Shown here piece after piece: positions 29,062 through 38,497 of a stretch of DNA of 64,000 bases (positions are counted from its first letter, which is position 1; the number at the start of each line of letters is the position of its first letter). The notes beneath the pieces are model-generated. The model made no database searches, had not been told where the DNA came from, and worked only from the letters and a program-made list of their open reading frames with translations. Source of the DNA: Dehalococcoidia bacterium (GTDB lineage Bacteria > Chloroflexota > Dehalococcoidia > Lucifugimonadales > UBA3495); assembly GCA_965226875.1 (NCBI GenBank), contig OZ245439.1, forward strand, positions 711,081-775,080, read 5' to 3'. Made by a program: the position numbers and the translations under genes.

Positions 29062-29477
29062 TCCATTTGTTGCAGCACCTCTCCGGATAATTCTGTGATC
29101 TTGTCTATCTTAATGAGGACGGCGACACCCAGACGTTCAGGGTCCCGGTCCAGTTCGGCTTGGACGCAGCGATCCATGACTTCTTGGCGAATGGGACCGT
29201 CTTCGTGGACGGTGGCCTTGCCGTGGAACCGCCACCTCACCCGGTCGGCAGCGTGGGCGTAGTAGACGACGACCTGCGGATTCTCGGCAACGTTGTCCAA
29301 GGCCGACCGCTTGGCCCGCTCCCAATAGGCCAGCGTATCTCTGTCGAAGGCCATCACGCTTCCCTTGGGGCTTATCTGGGGTTCGCCGTCCTTGGAGGCC
29401 GTGCCCACCAGGCAAGAATATCCGTCGGCTAAAGCGCTGTCCAATCGCGATACCATCTCGTCGGTCAAATTGATCAT
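29058..29477 (-). CDS. Pyridoxamine-5-phosphate-oxidase-like (split beta-barrel) family protein
   Basis: 139 aa. LVGTASKDGEPQISPKGS...FDRDTLAYWE pattern is typical of PNPOx-like proteins. Assignment from memory. Confidence 0.55.
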   Translation of the reverse strand: MINLTDEMVSRLDSALADGYSCLVGTASKDGEPQISPKGSVMAFDRDTLAYWERAKRSALDNVAENPQVVVYYAHAADRVRWRFHGKATVHEDGPIRQEVMDRCVQAELDRDPERLGVAVLIKIDKITELSGEVLQQMD

Positions 29478-29789
29478 CGTAGTCTATCTCCTTGGGAGTA
29501 ACGGCAGTTTGTAAGGCTCTGTCCATCGAAACCATCCGTCTTGATGGGGACCAGTATTCGAGAGCACTCTCTGCCATATGTAACTCTTTCCTTGCATCAT
29601 TTCTGGATCCTGGTTTCCGCACATCATGGGAGCGTAGGCCTCGTCGCATTGTGCGGCCCTTGAAGTAAACCAAAGCCAAGGCGGGATGTGCCATTTGCGG
29701 GGATCGGCCGAGCTTCGGCGAGAGTCAGCGTGCCTGCTGGGTTTCCTGATTCCGAAGTGGCCTTCGCCTTTGCCGGGTCTGATTCGCTT

Positions 29790-30131
29790 TCATCGCAGGA
29801 GGGTGCCTATCATCCCCAAAACCTGTTCCACCACTCGCGGAGTTGTTTGGGTTGCTAAACCCGCCTGCCTCGCGCGCCAGTCCAGGCTCTTGATGTGGTC
29901 GGACAGCACCACGCCGGTGATGGCGCCTCCATGCGGGAGGGGTACTTCAAAGGGGTAACCCTTCGCTGCCGTGGTAACCGGACAGAATAGGGCCAAGCCT
30001 GTCCTGTCGTTATAGCTCCTGGGACTCAGGACCAGCGCCGGCCGGCGGCCCGCCTGCTCGGGCCCGGCATGAGGGCTGAAGTTCAGCCAAACGATGTCGC
30101 CTCTGTCGGGAACATAGGGTGCACTCACCAT
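29790..30131 (-). CDS. mazF: MazF/PemK-family toxin
   Basis: MVSAPYVPDRGDIVWLNFSPHAGPEQAGRRPALVLSPRSYN...FCPVTT... Overlaps mazE by 7 nt. Confidence 0.85.
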   Translation of the reverse strand: MVSAPYVPDRGDIVWLNFSPHAGPEQAGRRPALVLSPRSYNDRTGLALFCPVTTAAKGYPFEVPLPHGGAITGVVLSDHIKSLDWRARQAGLATQTTPRVVEQVLGMIGTLLR

Positions 30132-30364
30132 GTTTCGTTGCCTTGGGCTGAGCCTGTATCCCATTCAGAATGCAGGTTATCTGTGGTGACCCGGGACAAC
30201 AATTCATCCAGGTCGTATGCCCTCTTGGTCAGGGTCAAACGTTCACCGTCCGTGGTCATCTCAATTGCCGACCCGACGTGGACGCCCCACTCTTCTGCAA
30301 GGGGTTTTGGTATCCGTACCGCGAGGCTGCTACCCCACCGGGCTACGTGCGATTGCGTTCCCAT
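30125..30364 (-). CDS. mazE: AbrB/MazE/SpoVT-family antitoxin
   Basis: 79 aa; VARWGSSLAVRIPKPLAEEWGVHVGSAIEM is the swapped-hairpin AbrB-type motif. Confidence 0.8.
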   Translation of the reverse strand: MGTQSHVARWGSSLAVRIPKPLAEEWGVHVGSAIEMTTDGERLTLTKRAYDLDELLSRVTTDNLHSEWDTGSAQGNETW

Positions 30365-30546
30365 TTGAGATCCTCACTGTCGCAGATAGATATATAATAT
30401 ATATCCAACTGCGGGCGTGTTGTCCAGCGTGTGATTGCGGGTGCGGAGCAGTGGTACCGCCTGCAATCGAGGGCTGAAAAGCTGCTGCGGCACTTCCAGC
30501 CCCATCGCCAATCCCTCCCTGGTGCACATCTCACCTTGGCTTCGGT

Positions 30547-30927
30547 TTAGGTCGTATCCTCTTCCAAGATGATCTTCAGCAACTGGTCGACCGCACGTTT
30601 GGTCGAACGCCTGTCCGCTGCCAAGCGAGTTTCGTCCAGGTGTCCGTGCAGGAAGTGCTGCTGGAGCTGGGCCGCGGCTTCGAAGTCCTGCCGCCAGCCG
30701 GGCTGGTGTTGTTTGTCCGCCAACCTGTCGGCCACATCTTTCATGTGTTGCTCGCTACAGCATTCCCACCCGTGGACCATTGCCACGGCGATCAGGCCGC
30801 GGGCGAAGGCCCCCCAGAGCATGTCGGCGGCAATCATCTGGTCTGTCATGCGTTCACTCGTCTCGAACCCCTGGTCGGAGAGCTCGACCAGTTCCCTGAT
30901 GCGTGCGGTCTGCTCGTCTGTACTCAT
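30547..30927 (-). CDS. Hypothetical helical protein (possibly HEPN/PaREP1-like)
   Basis: 126 aa; weak resemblance only (...AAAQLQQHFLHGHL...). The stop codon TAA is supplied by the R155-type terminus at 30547-49. Confidence 0.35.
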   Translation of the reverse strand: MSTDEQTARIRELVELSDQGFETSERMTDQMIAADMLWGAFARGLIAVAMVHGWECCSEQHMKDVADRLADKQHQPGWRQDFEAAAQLQQHFLHGHLDETRLAADRRSTKRAVDQLLKIILEEDTT

Positions 30928-31077
30928 TTTTTCACCTCTTGTTAAAGTTTGATTTCCAGATTCAGGTCAAAGGCGGTGTATTCCGGGTTTCCTGTGTCTT
31001 GGACACAGAAAGCCATGCCCGACTGTCGCTCTTATTGCCCATGGAGCAGCCGGCGCGGCCCAGCCGCTCCCTCCACC

Positions 31078-31146
31078 TGCAGATCCAGATTTTTGTCCTC
31101 CGGCTCTCTCACCGAGACCCTGGCGTAACCGTATAACGTCATCCAT
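31078..31146 (-). pseudogene. N-terminal fragment of a resolvase paralog with its res-like upstream region
   Basis: MTLYGYARVSVREPEDKNLDLQVE, then divergence and a stop. Upstream 31150-31290 duplicates 24420-24540 plus 24745-24790. Confidence 0.75.
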
Positions 31147-31389
31147 CTGCACCCCTGGCTGGAATACCTGAACTATGGCTTTCTGCCAGAGGTTGTGCAA
31201 CTGGGTTTTCCATCCACCCCTTCAGCTACGGGGAGTGGGGATTTACAGCCATGGCTGTAAACAGGTGGGCTGTTTCCAGCCACCCGCTGGCGGGGGCGTG
31301 CTTGGGAAACGGGACCGAAAAGGACCCTGCCCGCTGGGGATCGGTGCGGCACCGGAGACTCCACCGTGGGCATCAGAGGGGCCGTGGGA

Positions 31390-31443
31390 CTTTGCACAAT
31401 GAATCCTTTTTAATTCATGCCAATTCCCATTCATTGTGCAAAG
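31390..31443. repeat. AT-rich hairpin element (CTTTGCACAATGAAT...ATTCATTGTGCAAAG)
   Basis: 15-bp inverted ends; related copy at 49755-49805. Confidence 0.8.
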
Positions 31444-31616
31444 CCTCGAGGCAGGTAACTCGGCTTTGTCGTGCTGTTGATCTGGTCGGTCTCAAACTTT
31501 GTTTCGTTTAGGCGATGCAAAGGGCCCAGCCAATGCTGGGCCTCGTACGGTGATAGCTCTGCGCTCGGCGTTGACAACTGTGGTGGTGGTGGGCGCCCGT
31601 GGTGGGAGATTTCTAA

Positions 31617-32476
31617 GAGCCTGTTTACAATCTCTTCAGGATTAGCACCGCGAAGGCGAGAACCACCATTTGCAGGCTGGTATTGAGCTTTCTCTCGCAG
31701 TTCTTCCAGAGGCGGCGGCACTTCTCCAGCCAGCCGAAAGACCGCTCCACCACCCATCGTTTCGGCAGCACCACGAAAGTGTGCAGTTCGTTGCGCTTCA
31801 CCACTTCCACCGAGGCTCCCAGCAGGCTCTGCACCGCCGTGGCAAAGGGTTTCCCGGTGTATCCCCCATCCACCAGCACATTCTGCACCTGCCTCAGGTT
31901 GGCCCGGCGCCGGTCAAACATAGCCAAAGCCCCAGCACGGTCGGTAACGTTGGCGGTGGTCACGTGAATCGCATGGGGCAACCCCTGAGTGTCCACGGCG
32001 ATGTGGCGCTTGATTCCAGACACCTTCTTGCCCGAGTCATAGCCCTTGTTCTCGGCGCTGTCGGTGTTCTTGACGCTCTGGGAGTCCACGATACAGAAGC
32101 TGGTCCGTTTTTTCCGACCATTGCTTCGTCGGGCTGTGCCAACCGATTTTTTTTAAGACCTGCTCCAGAATGGAATACTTCGCCGGGTCGGGTCGCTCGC
32201 TCCATTGCCGGAAATACTTGTAGCAGGTGCGCCAATCTGGGAAGTCCGCAGGCAGCATCCGCCACTGGCACCCGCTTTTCAGGAGATAGAGCACCCCGCA
32301 GAAAACGTCGTACAGGTCCACGGTGCGGGGCTTGGTCCGGCGGCGGGCCGACTCCAAATAGGGAAGAATCCGGGCAAACTGTTCCCGGCTGATGTCGCTG
32401 GAATAGGAATGAGACATGATTACCCCCTCTGGTAACAGCCTCAACTTAACATATTGCAAAGATCGTAGACAGGCTC
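31617..32476 (-). mobile_element. IS5-family (IS427-like) element type a, copy 2
   Basis: Identical 860 bp in reverse; 3-bp direct repeat TAA (31614-16, 32477-79). Confidence 0.9.
31625..32417 (-). CDS. IS5-family transposase split at the same A8 run
   Basis: ORFs 32037-32459 and 31625-32089 translate identically to copy 1. Confidence 0.8.
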
Positions 32477-32582
32477 TAAGGGTCCTTGGTCCGGTGTTCC
32501 GTCCGGGGAGCCGGGTTGGGGAGTGCTGCTGGAGCTCTTCATCCCTAGTCAGGAGGTGTCCGAGGCGTCAAGCCCGCTGCTG

Positions 32583-33032
32583 TCAGAGGCTCATTGTCCC
32601 GTCCGCCAGGTGCGGAGTGAGCTGGAGCTTGCCTCTCGTCTTGTCGTACAGCAGCCGGCAACGGTCGATCACGTCCCTGCCCAGTAGAGACGGCAGGTTT
32701 CTGTTGCCCCGGTCGGGCACCGCTACCGCCAGTTCTGTCTGGAAGTAGACCAGTCTTGTCTTTCGCCAGGGCCAGGGCCTCTCTTGGAATGCGATGAAGG
32801 CTGGCACCGTGGCGTAGCTGATCGTGCCTCCGATTCCCCTGCTTGTGCCCGTCGGGCTCAGGTCCTGTGTGCTTATTCCCAGTATCCTCGCCCCGGCGGG
32901 CTGGATGAAGGTGTTGTCTGCGCCGGTGTCCAGCAGCAGCGCGGTCGCTTCCGGGGCCGGCTGCAGGCCAGGGACCACCACGTAGGCCCGGACATACGGG
33001 CGCCCGGCAGGGTCGAAGTATCCCTCGATCAT
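32583..33032 (-). CDS. Retropepsin-like (clan AA) aspartic protease family protein
   Basis: 149 aa; LLLDTGADNTFI contains the D-T-G-A active-site motif; C-terminal LLGRDVI. Confidence 0.7.
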   Translation of the reverse strand: MIEGYFDPAGRPYVRAYVVVPGLQPAPEATALLLDTGADNTFIQPAGARILGISTQDLSPTGTSRGIGGTISYATVPAFIAFQERPWPWRKTRLVYFQTELAVAVPDRGNRNLPSLLGRDVIDRCRLLYDKTRGKLQLTPHLADGTMSL

Positions 33033-33376
33033 AGAATCAACGCTCCTCCCTCCGGGTCGATGTACCGGACCAGGTATCCGTTCCTGTTGCTCCCGGACTC
33101 GCCGATTAGTTCAAACAGCCTTTCTAAGGCTTGTTCTTCGTCTTCTTCCGAGGAGTCCTCGGGGACCGGGACGTTGGCTATCATGCCGTCGGGCCCCATG
33201 GCGATCCAGTGCCGGGGGTACTGTTCCAGGATGCGGCTGTACTCCTTGTCCAGCTGGTCGTTGGCTAACCGCAGGCCGTCAAAGGCTGCCTGTACTGCCT
33301 TGGGTCCTCCGGCCTGGGCCACTGCTTGCATGAAGTCGTCCTTGGTGAGGGCCTGGGCGGTCTTTTCCTCGTTCAT
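33029..33376 (-). CDS. Small acidic partner protein (antitoxin-like; family uncertain)
   Basis: 115 aa. Its stop overlaps the start of the protease gene (ATGA at 33029-33032). Confidence 0.5.
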   Translation of the reverse strand: MNEEKTAQALTKDDFMQAVAQAGGPKAVQAAFDGLRLANDQLDKEYSRILEQYPRHWIAMGPDGMIANVPVPEDSSEEDEEQALERLFELIGESGSNRNGYLVRYIDPEGGALIL

Positions 33377-33604
33377 CTTCCCCTCCGGTGGCTGGGAAGC
33401 CGGTGTAGTCTGCTTTTGGTTATTCGGCAGTCGGGACCTGTTGCTTTTACAATTATACAGAGTGAAGCAGCACGTTCCTCGAGTTCATGATGAGCCGGCA
33501 GGGGCGGCGTGGTCGCCGTTTACTGCCTGTCAGTCTCTGAGCGTTTCTTATTCATGATCCGCACTTATGCAGTGACCGGCGGGTTTGGACTGTTGCCATT
33601 ACAG

Positions 33605-33756
33605 CTAAACCAAAGCCAAGGTGGGATGTACATTTAAGTGGCGATGATGATCAGCCGGGTTTCGCGGGTTAAATCCTCTCATCCGTACCTGGAGAATGAC
33701 CCGTCCTCGTCGCTTGTCTCCCACCGTCTGCGCATTTCACCTTGGCTTCGGTTTAG
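33605..33756 (+). repeat. R155 element, subtype a
   Basis: Identical to 18144-18295. Confidence 0.9.
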
Positions 33757-33925
33757 TAGTTCAGCTATTTTGAATTGCTGGGTAAAGGGATTTCAGCTTG
33801 ATGCGCGCGTCATCGGTGGTGAAGCGCCAGTCCACTCGCACCATGTCCCGGTTGCGCTGGTTCTGCCAGGAGTCTTAAATCGCATTCTGGAAGGACTGAT
33901 TCCCGGAATTCCCGCCGGCTGGGTT
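33756..33925 (-). mobile_element. IS630-family element type C, terminal fragment
   Basis: Starts GTAGTTCAGC at a shared TA. Encodes in reverse the transposase C-terminus (...VDWRFTTDDARIKLKSLY...) and then breaks off. Confidence 0.7.
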
Positions 33926-34545
33926 CAGTCGTCGGTGGGTTCGGGTATGAGGATGATCTGGACGTCGCGGCGGTTGAGGCCGGGTTCTTCCTGGGTGCCG
34001 ATGGCGAATGGGGTGACGGTCTGGCCGGTGGCCTTGGCGAGCAGTGCGGCCCGATGGGCGGCGCGGTCGACGTCGTGCTGCTGGATGGTTATGGAGATCT
34101 CGGCGAGGATGTAATCGGTGGGGCCGTCGGTCGTGAGGATGAGGTCGGTCTTGTCGAGCTCGTCGGTCTCGTGGGCGTTGATGTTGCCCTGCGTCTCGGC
34201 GTCGTCCAGTAGGGTTGCGAGGGCGGCCTGGTTGCGTTGGGAGGAGAAGATGGTGGCGGCGACGCCCAGCTGACGGCGCAGGAACCGGTTGGCGAGCCTG
34301 GCGACGTGGGACTCGTAGTCCGAGCCTTTCAGCATGCTGACGTCGCCTCCTATTCTGTTCACAGTTGTCGTGAGGGTGGTGAGATTGTCCTTGAGGGTGC
34401 TGACGTCCGCCTCGATTCTCTCCAGCCGGACGGGCATCTGGAGGAGCTCGTCGGTGAGGATGTGGCGGCGCAGGGCCTCCCTGAGAGCGGGGTCGCGCTC
34501 CAGGGCGTTGAGTATGTCTTCGAGGGTGTTGATGGGGGTGGTCAT
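33925..34545 (-). CDS. Hypothetical protein (coiled-coil N-terminus, possible nuclease-fold C-terminus)
   Basis: 206-aa ORF with plausible composition; the C-terminal D...E.S pattern (DLILTTDGPTDYILAEISIT) is only suggestive. Confidence 0.4.
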   Translation of the reverse strand: MTTPINTLEDILNALERDPALREALRRHILTDELLQMPVRLERIEADVSTLKDNLTTLTTTVNRIGGDVSMLKGSDYESHVARLANRFLRRQLGVAATIFSSQRNQAALATLLDDAETQGNINAHETDELDKTDLILTTDGPTDYILAEISITIQQHDVDRAAHRAALLAKATGQTVTPFAIGTQEEPGLNRRDVQIILIPEPTDD

Positions 34546-34618
34546 CGGGGGTTCCTCGAGGAGTATTTTACAACGGGTGGGCGTTGGGGAGCAGGGGTGG
34601 TCAGGCGGCGGTCGGGAA

Positions 34619-35326
34619 CTATGACGTAGACGGAGCTCCTACAGGGTCAAGGGTGAGGTCATAGCCGGTGAGATCGCGGATCCGTTCCCACAGTGCATCG
34701 CGGTCTACCTGCAGGTCCTGCCGCATGGACGGCACGTCGTCGATCGGGTCGGTGACGACCACTTCGCATCCGCAGTCGGAATACTGGTCGATGCGGTCAA
34801 GGTCGCTCTGGAAGATGTGGCTCCAGCCGGCGTCGTGCTGGGCGATGGAACGGGCCATCTCCGCCACGGAGTCCCTGGGGTAGACGGCACCGAGGATGGA
34901 CAGGAGCGCTGCGCCGGAGTTCCACAGCAGCCAGTGGGCGTTTCGTCCGTGAACGGTGTTCACGTTGAACTTGCTTGCTGGACGCGGGGGCCAGAACCGG
35001 GGGATGTCGGCCAACATGCGGTTTTTACTGGCCGCCTGACGCAGGCGCTTGGTGGTGATCAGCTCCCACTCGTTGGAGACATCGCCGTCGTGGCGGTAGC
35101 GGTGCTCGTTGCCCGGTTCCTTGCAGAAGACTAGTGCCGTTTCCAGATAGATTTGTTGATATTGGAAAGCTGCCTCCAACTCTGGATTCCTGCTTGCGCG
35201 AGAATGACTAACAGATGAAACAGATATCCGGTATAAGGCATATTCAGGTGGAAACGGTACTAGTTTAAGTTGTAAACCCTGGCCGCGTTCCCACCGGCTA
35301 TCTTGGCCCGTTCCTCCAGGGTGCAT
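34619..35326 (-). CDS. Hypothetical protein; start uncertain
   Basis: ORF only. Its 5-prime 66 nt overlap the upstream gene end. Confidence 0.35.
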   Translation of the reverse strand: MHPGGTGQDSRWERGQGLQLKLVPFPPEYALYRISVSSVSHSRASRNPELEAAFQYQQIYLETALVFCKEPGNEHRYRHDGDVSNEWELITTKRLRQAASKNRMLADIPRFWPPRPASKFNVNTVHGRNAHWLLWNSGAALLSILGAVYPRDSVAEMARSIAQHDAGWSHIFQSDLDRIDQYSDCGCEVVVTDPIDDVPSMRQDLQVDRDALWERIRDLTGYDLTLDPVGAPSTS

Positions 35327-36072
35327 TCAGCCAGGATTTCCTCGAGGATTTCCCGGCTTCTTGGAAAAGTGGACTCCTGATGGGGGTAGTCGGAGCCCCA
35401 TTGCAGAGTATCGACGCCGATAATATTCCGAAGCTGAATCCCCAATCCGTCTTCCTGGAACCCCAGGAAAACGTTCCGGCGAAAGAAGTCGCTCGGAAGC
35501 ATATTGTCTTTGAACCGATAGCCGCTCACGCCTCTGGCCCGTTGGGTGTAGTTGTAGTCCATGCGGTCCAGAAAATGGGCGGCCCATGACACTTCGTGCT
35601 CAACCGCCCCAACTTGCAGGCGCGGGTAACGCTCGAACACCCCACAGAAAATCATGTCGGTAAGCGACATCCGGACGTAGTGATCGAAGTTCACCGTTAC
35701 GGAGAACCGGTTGGTAATGGCGCGGTCGCCCTCCCCCGATCCAAACCGGTTGGTCGCGGCATGAAGCCCCAAAGGCATCCCCAAGTCCTGAGCAGCCGCC
35801 CAAAGGGGTTCATAGACCGGCGTGTCGTACCGGCGGTCCTCCTGCAGGTAAACCGTAATCATGCCGCCTATGAATCCCAGTTTGTGGCATCGCTCCAGCT
35901 CGGCCACCGCAATGTCCACGTCATCCACGTTGATCATGGCGATTCCGGCGAGACGCTTTGGCGCAGCTTGGCAGAACTCGGCCAGCCAATCGTTGTAAGT
36001 CTTGAAAACGGCAGTCAGAAGCTCACTATCCGGTACCTTGAACAACTGGAGTCCAGAGGGGTTGCCAACTGC
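35260..36072 (-). pseudogene. Amidohydrolase_2 (ACMSD-like) family hydrolase, 5-prime truncated
   Basis: ...AGIAMINVDDVDIAVAELERCHKLGFIGG...HAATN...WGSDYPHQES... The ~85 N-terminal residues with the HxH metal motif are missing; homology stops at about 36072. Confidence 0.7.
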
Positions 36073-36197
36073 TCACGAATTAGTGGGTTTCAGTATGTGA
36101 CGGTGGTCAATGGTCAAGCGGACAGACCATGTGCGGTGCCTTTGGTGTGCGTCGCGGACTGAAGCAGCACGAACAAGAGTTCTGGTATGATGTGACC

Positions 36198-37822
36198 ATG
36201 GTACGTCGCAGCAAAGTTCCCCCAGCATCCGCCGGTTTGAATCCGTCTCAGGGCCCGCTGGTCAGCACCTATCAGACCAGGATCGCTGACTTCGGCGACA
36301 TGGACCGTGCGGTGGGTTATTCGGCATTAGCCGCTTACGCGCAGCTCTACGGCCGGGTGGAGCGGAAACTGTTTGCGGACTTTTCAGCTGGTGAGGCACC
36401 TGCGTCTCTGAAGAAGGAGTACCTGGAGCGATACGGGATACCGGCGAGGATGTTCAACGGCCTGCGGGTTTCGCTGGAGGGCCAGGTGTCGGCCGTCCAG
36501 AAAACTATGGGGCTGAGGTTGGATAACCTTCAGCGTCGGATCGCCCGGGCTGAGCTTGAGATTGCCAAGGCTGTTGAGCGTGGACGCTTGAATCAGGTGC
36601 ATCAGAAGCGGCGCCGGCTGGCAAATCTGAGATTCAGGTTGGCTGTGCTGGAAGCCGATGTCGCCGCAGGCCGGGTCAGGCTGTGTTTCGGCTCGAAGCG
36701 GTTGTGGCGGAAGCAGCATGACCTTGAGGTCAATGGTTACGGCAACCATGAGGAATGGCTGAGTGATTGGCGGGACGCCCGTAGCGACGAGTTTTCACAC
36801 TGGGGAGCAGGGATGAAACCACTGGTTGCCAATTATGCGTCGCCACGATAGCTGAGGACGGGTGCCTCAACCTCCGGGTCAGGATGCCCGATGCCCTGGC
36901 AGAGCAGCATGGGAAATACCTGTTGATCCAGAATGTCTGGTTTGCCTATGGGCATGAGCAGGTACTGGCTGCGTTGCAGAGCAATACTGAGTACACTCGG
37001 TATCGGCGGCAACATGGTGAAAAGGCGGCGCGTTCCACAAAACTGGGGCAGGCCATCAGCTACCGCTTCAAGCGGGATGGCAGGGGATGGCGGGTGTTCG
37101 TGAGCACCAATATGATGGGCGTGCCGGTTGTAACGGACCGACGGCGTGGAGCAATCGGCGTCGATTTGAACGCCGATCATCTGGCGGTCGCGGAGACCGA
37201 TGCCTCGGGGAACTGGTTGAACGCTTGGCGGGTGCCGTTGGTGACCTATGGCAAGAGCGCTCATCAGGCTGAGGCTCTGATCGGCGACGCCGTGGCCTGG
37301 GTGGTCGAGTACGCCCGTGATGCTGGCAAGCCCATCGTTATCGAGAAGCTGGACTTTCGTCAGAAGAAGGCTGTCTTGGAAGGTGATAACCAGAGGTACT
37401 CCCGGATGCTTTCCAGTTTCAGCTATGGGAAAGTCAAGGCGTACTTCATCTCCCGCGGTTATCGTCAGGGAGTGGTAATTCATCAGGTCAACCCGGCCTA
37501 CAGTTCAGTGATGGGCCGGGTCAAGTTCATGGAACGATATGGGCTCAGTGTCCATCAGGCGGCTGCCCTGGTGCTGGCCCGTCGTTTACTTGGTTGCTCA
37601 GAGCGCATTCCACGCCTTCGGGTTGCACCCGTTGGCAATGGCGTCCATGTCGCCTTCACCGTACCTGTAAGGAAGCGAGTGAAGCACGTGTGGGCGTGCT
37701 GGGGTGCGATCTCTCGGCAGCTGAAACCGGCGCTTGCAGCGCAATCCCGGCTGGAGAGGCAGAGACGCAGATCCAATCCGGCTCAGGCTGGTTCGCAGGT
37801 TCAGGCCTGCGGAAGGGCTTGA
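36198..37822 (+). pseudogene. TnpB/OrfB-like RuvC-fold protein lacking zinc ribbon, frameshifted near 36790
   Basis: ...LVSTYQTRI...; frame switch at GAGTTTTCAC. Second frame: FTLGSRDETTGCQLCVATIAEDGCLNLRVRMPDAL...AIGVDLNADHLAV...PIVIEKLDF...VNPAYSSVMGRVKF...SVHQAAALVLARR. Confidence 0.65.
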
Positions 37823-38320
37823 GTGGGGACCAGTTCGGTGTTTCCGGGTGCGATTCCCGGTCGGAGCCGTCTTGAACTGTTGGGGCGGCGAATGGTGGGT
37901 TTTCTTGGTCGTTGCGACCAAAGTCAACCTTTTTTACAACGGTTCCATCACATGGTTATCAGACGAAATGATCCTGTAATAAGCCATGGCTCGGCTCTCC
38001 GAATGCAGTCTTTGGTGATTTCCAACCTAGCGCCAAATTACAGTGGGCTTTAGGCGCCAACACCCACCCGAACGGCCTGCGAGGCTTGCCTCCGGGCGAT
38101 TCAGGATTGACGAATTGCGGCGATTATGGCCGGGGCTTGAAACGAAGTCAAACCGCAAAGAGGGGCCTTCTCAAGCTATCACTGCCAAAGAGATGAGGAA
38201 GACTTGCTTTTGCCGGAACGTCCATCCAGGCCTATACTTCCGGGCTTTGAGGGTGCCCGGGCGGCCATGAAACACATCGTTAGCCTGTTTCCGCTCACCT
38301 TTCTCCGGTCCCGAGCTCGA

Positions 38321-38497
38321 CTTTACGCAAAATCCAGGAAAAGTAATGGATGACATCACCTTTGTGCGTAGCCACTGGTGGTTGGTGTCGGAGGGTTTTT
38401 CACTATCGACCGCCAACTCCGATGTACAGAAACTCCCCGCCACTCTGTACCATCGTATTGCAGATTCCCTCGCTTATGCCGCTTAAAATGCGTAAAG
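38321..38497 (+). mobile_element. 177-bp internally deleted derivative of an IS701/IS4-like element
   Basis: CTTTACGCAAAAT...(last ~46 transposase codons: MDDITFVRSHWWLVSEGFSLS...LAYAA)...AATGCGTAAAG. Second copy at 49573-49749. Confidence 0.8.

Larger units (their letters stand above)
29665..30550 (+). mobile_element. 886-bp unit bounded by R155-type termini and carrying mazEF
   Basis: Left GTAAACCAAAGCCAAGGCGGGATGTGCCATTT (29665-). Right GTGCACATCTCACCTTGGCTTCGGTTTAG (-30550). Correct relative orientation; TA on both flanks. Confidence 0.6.
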
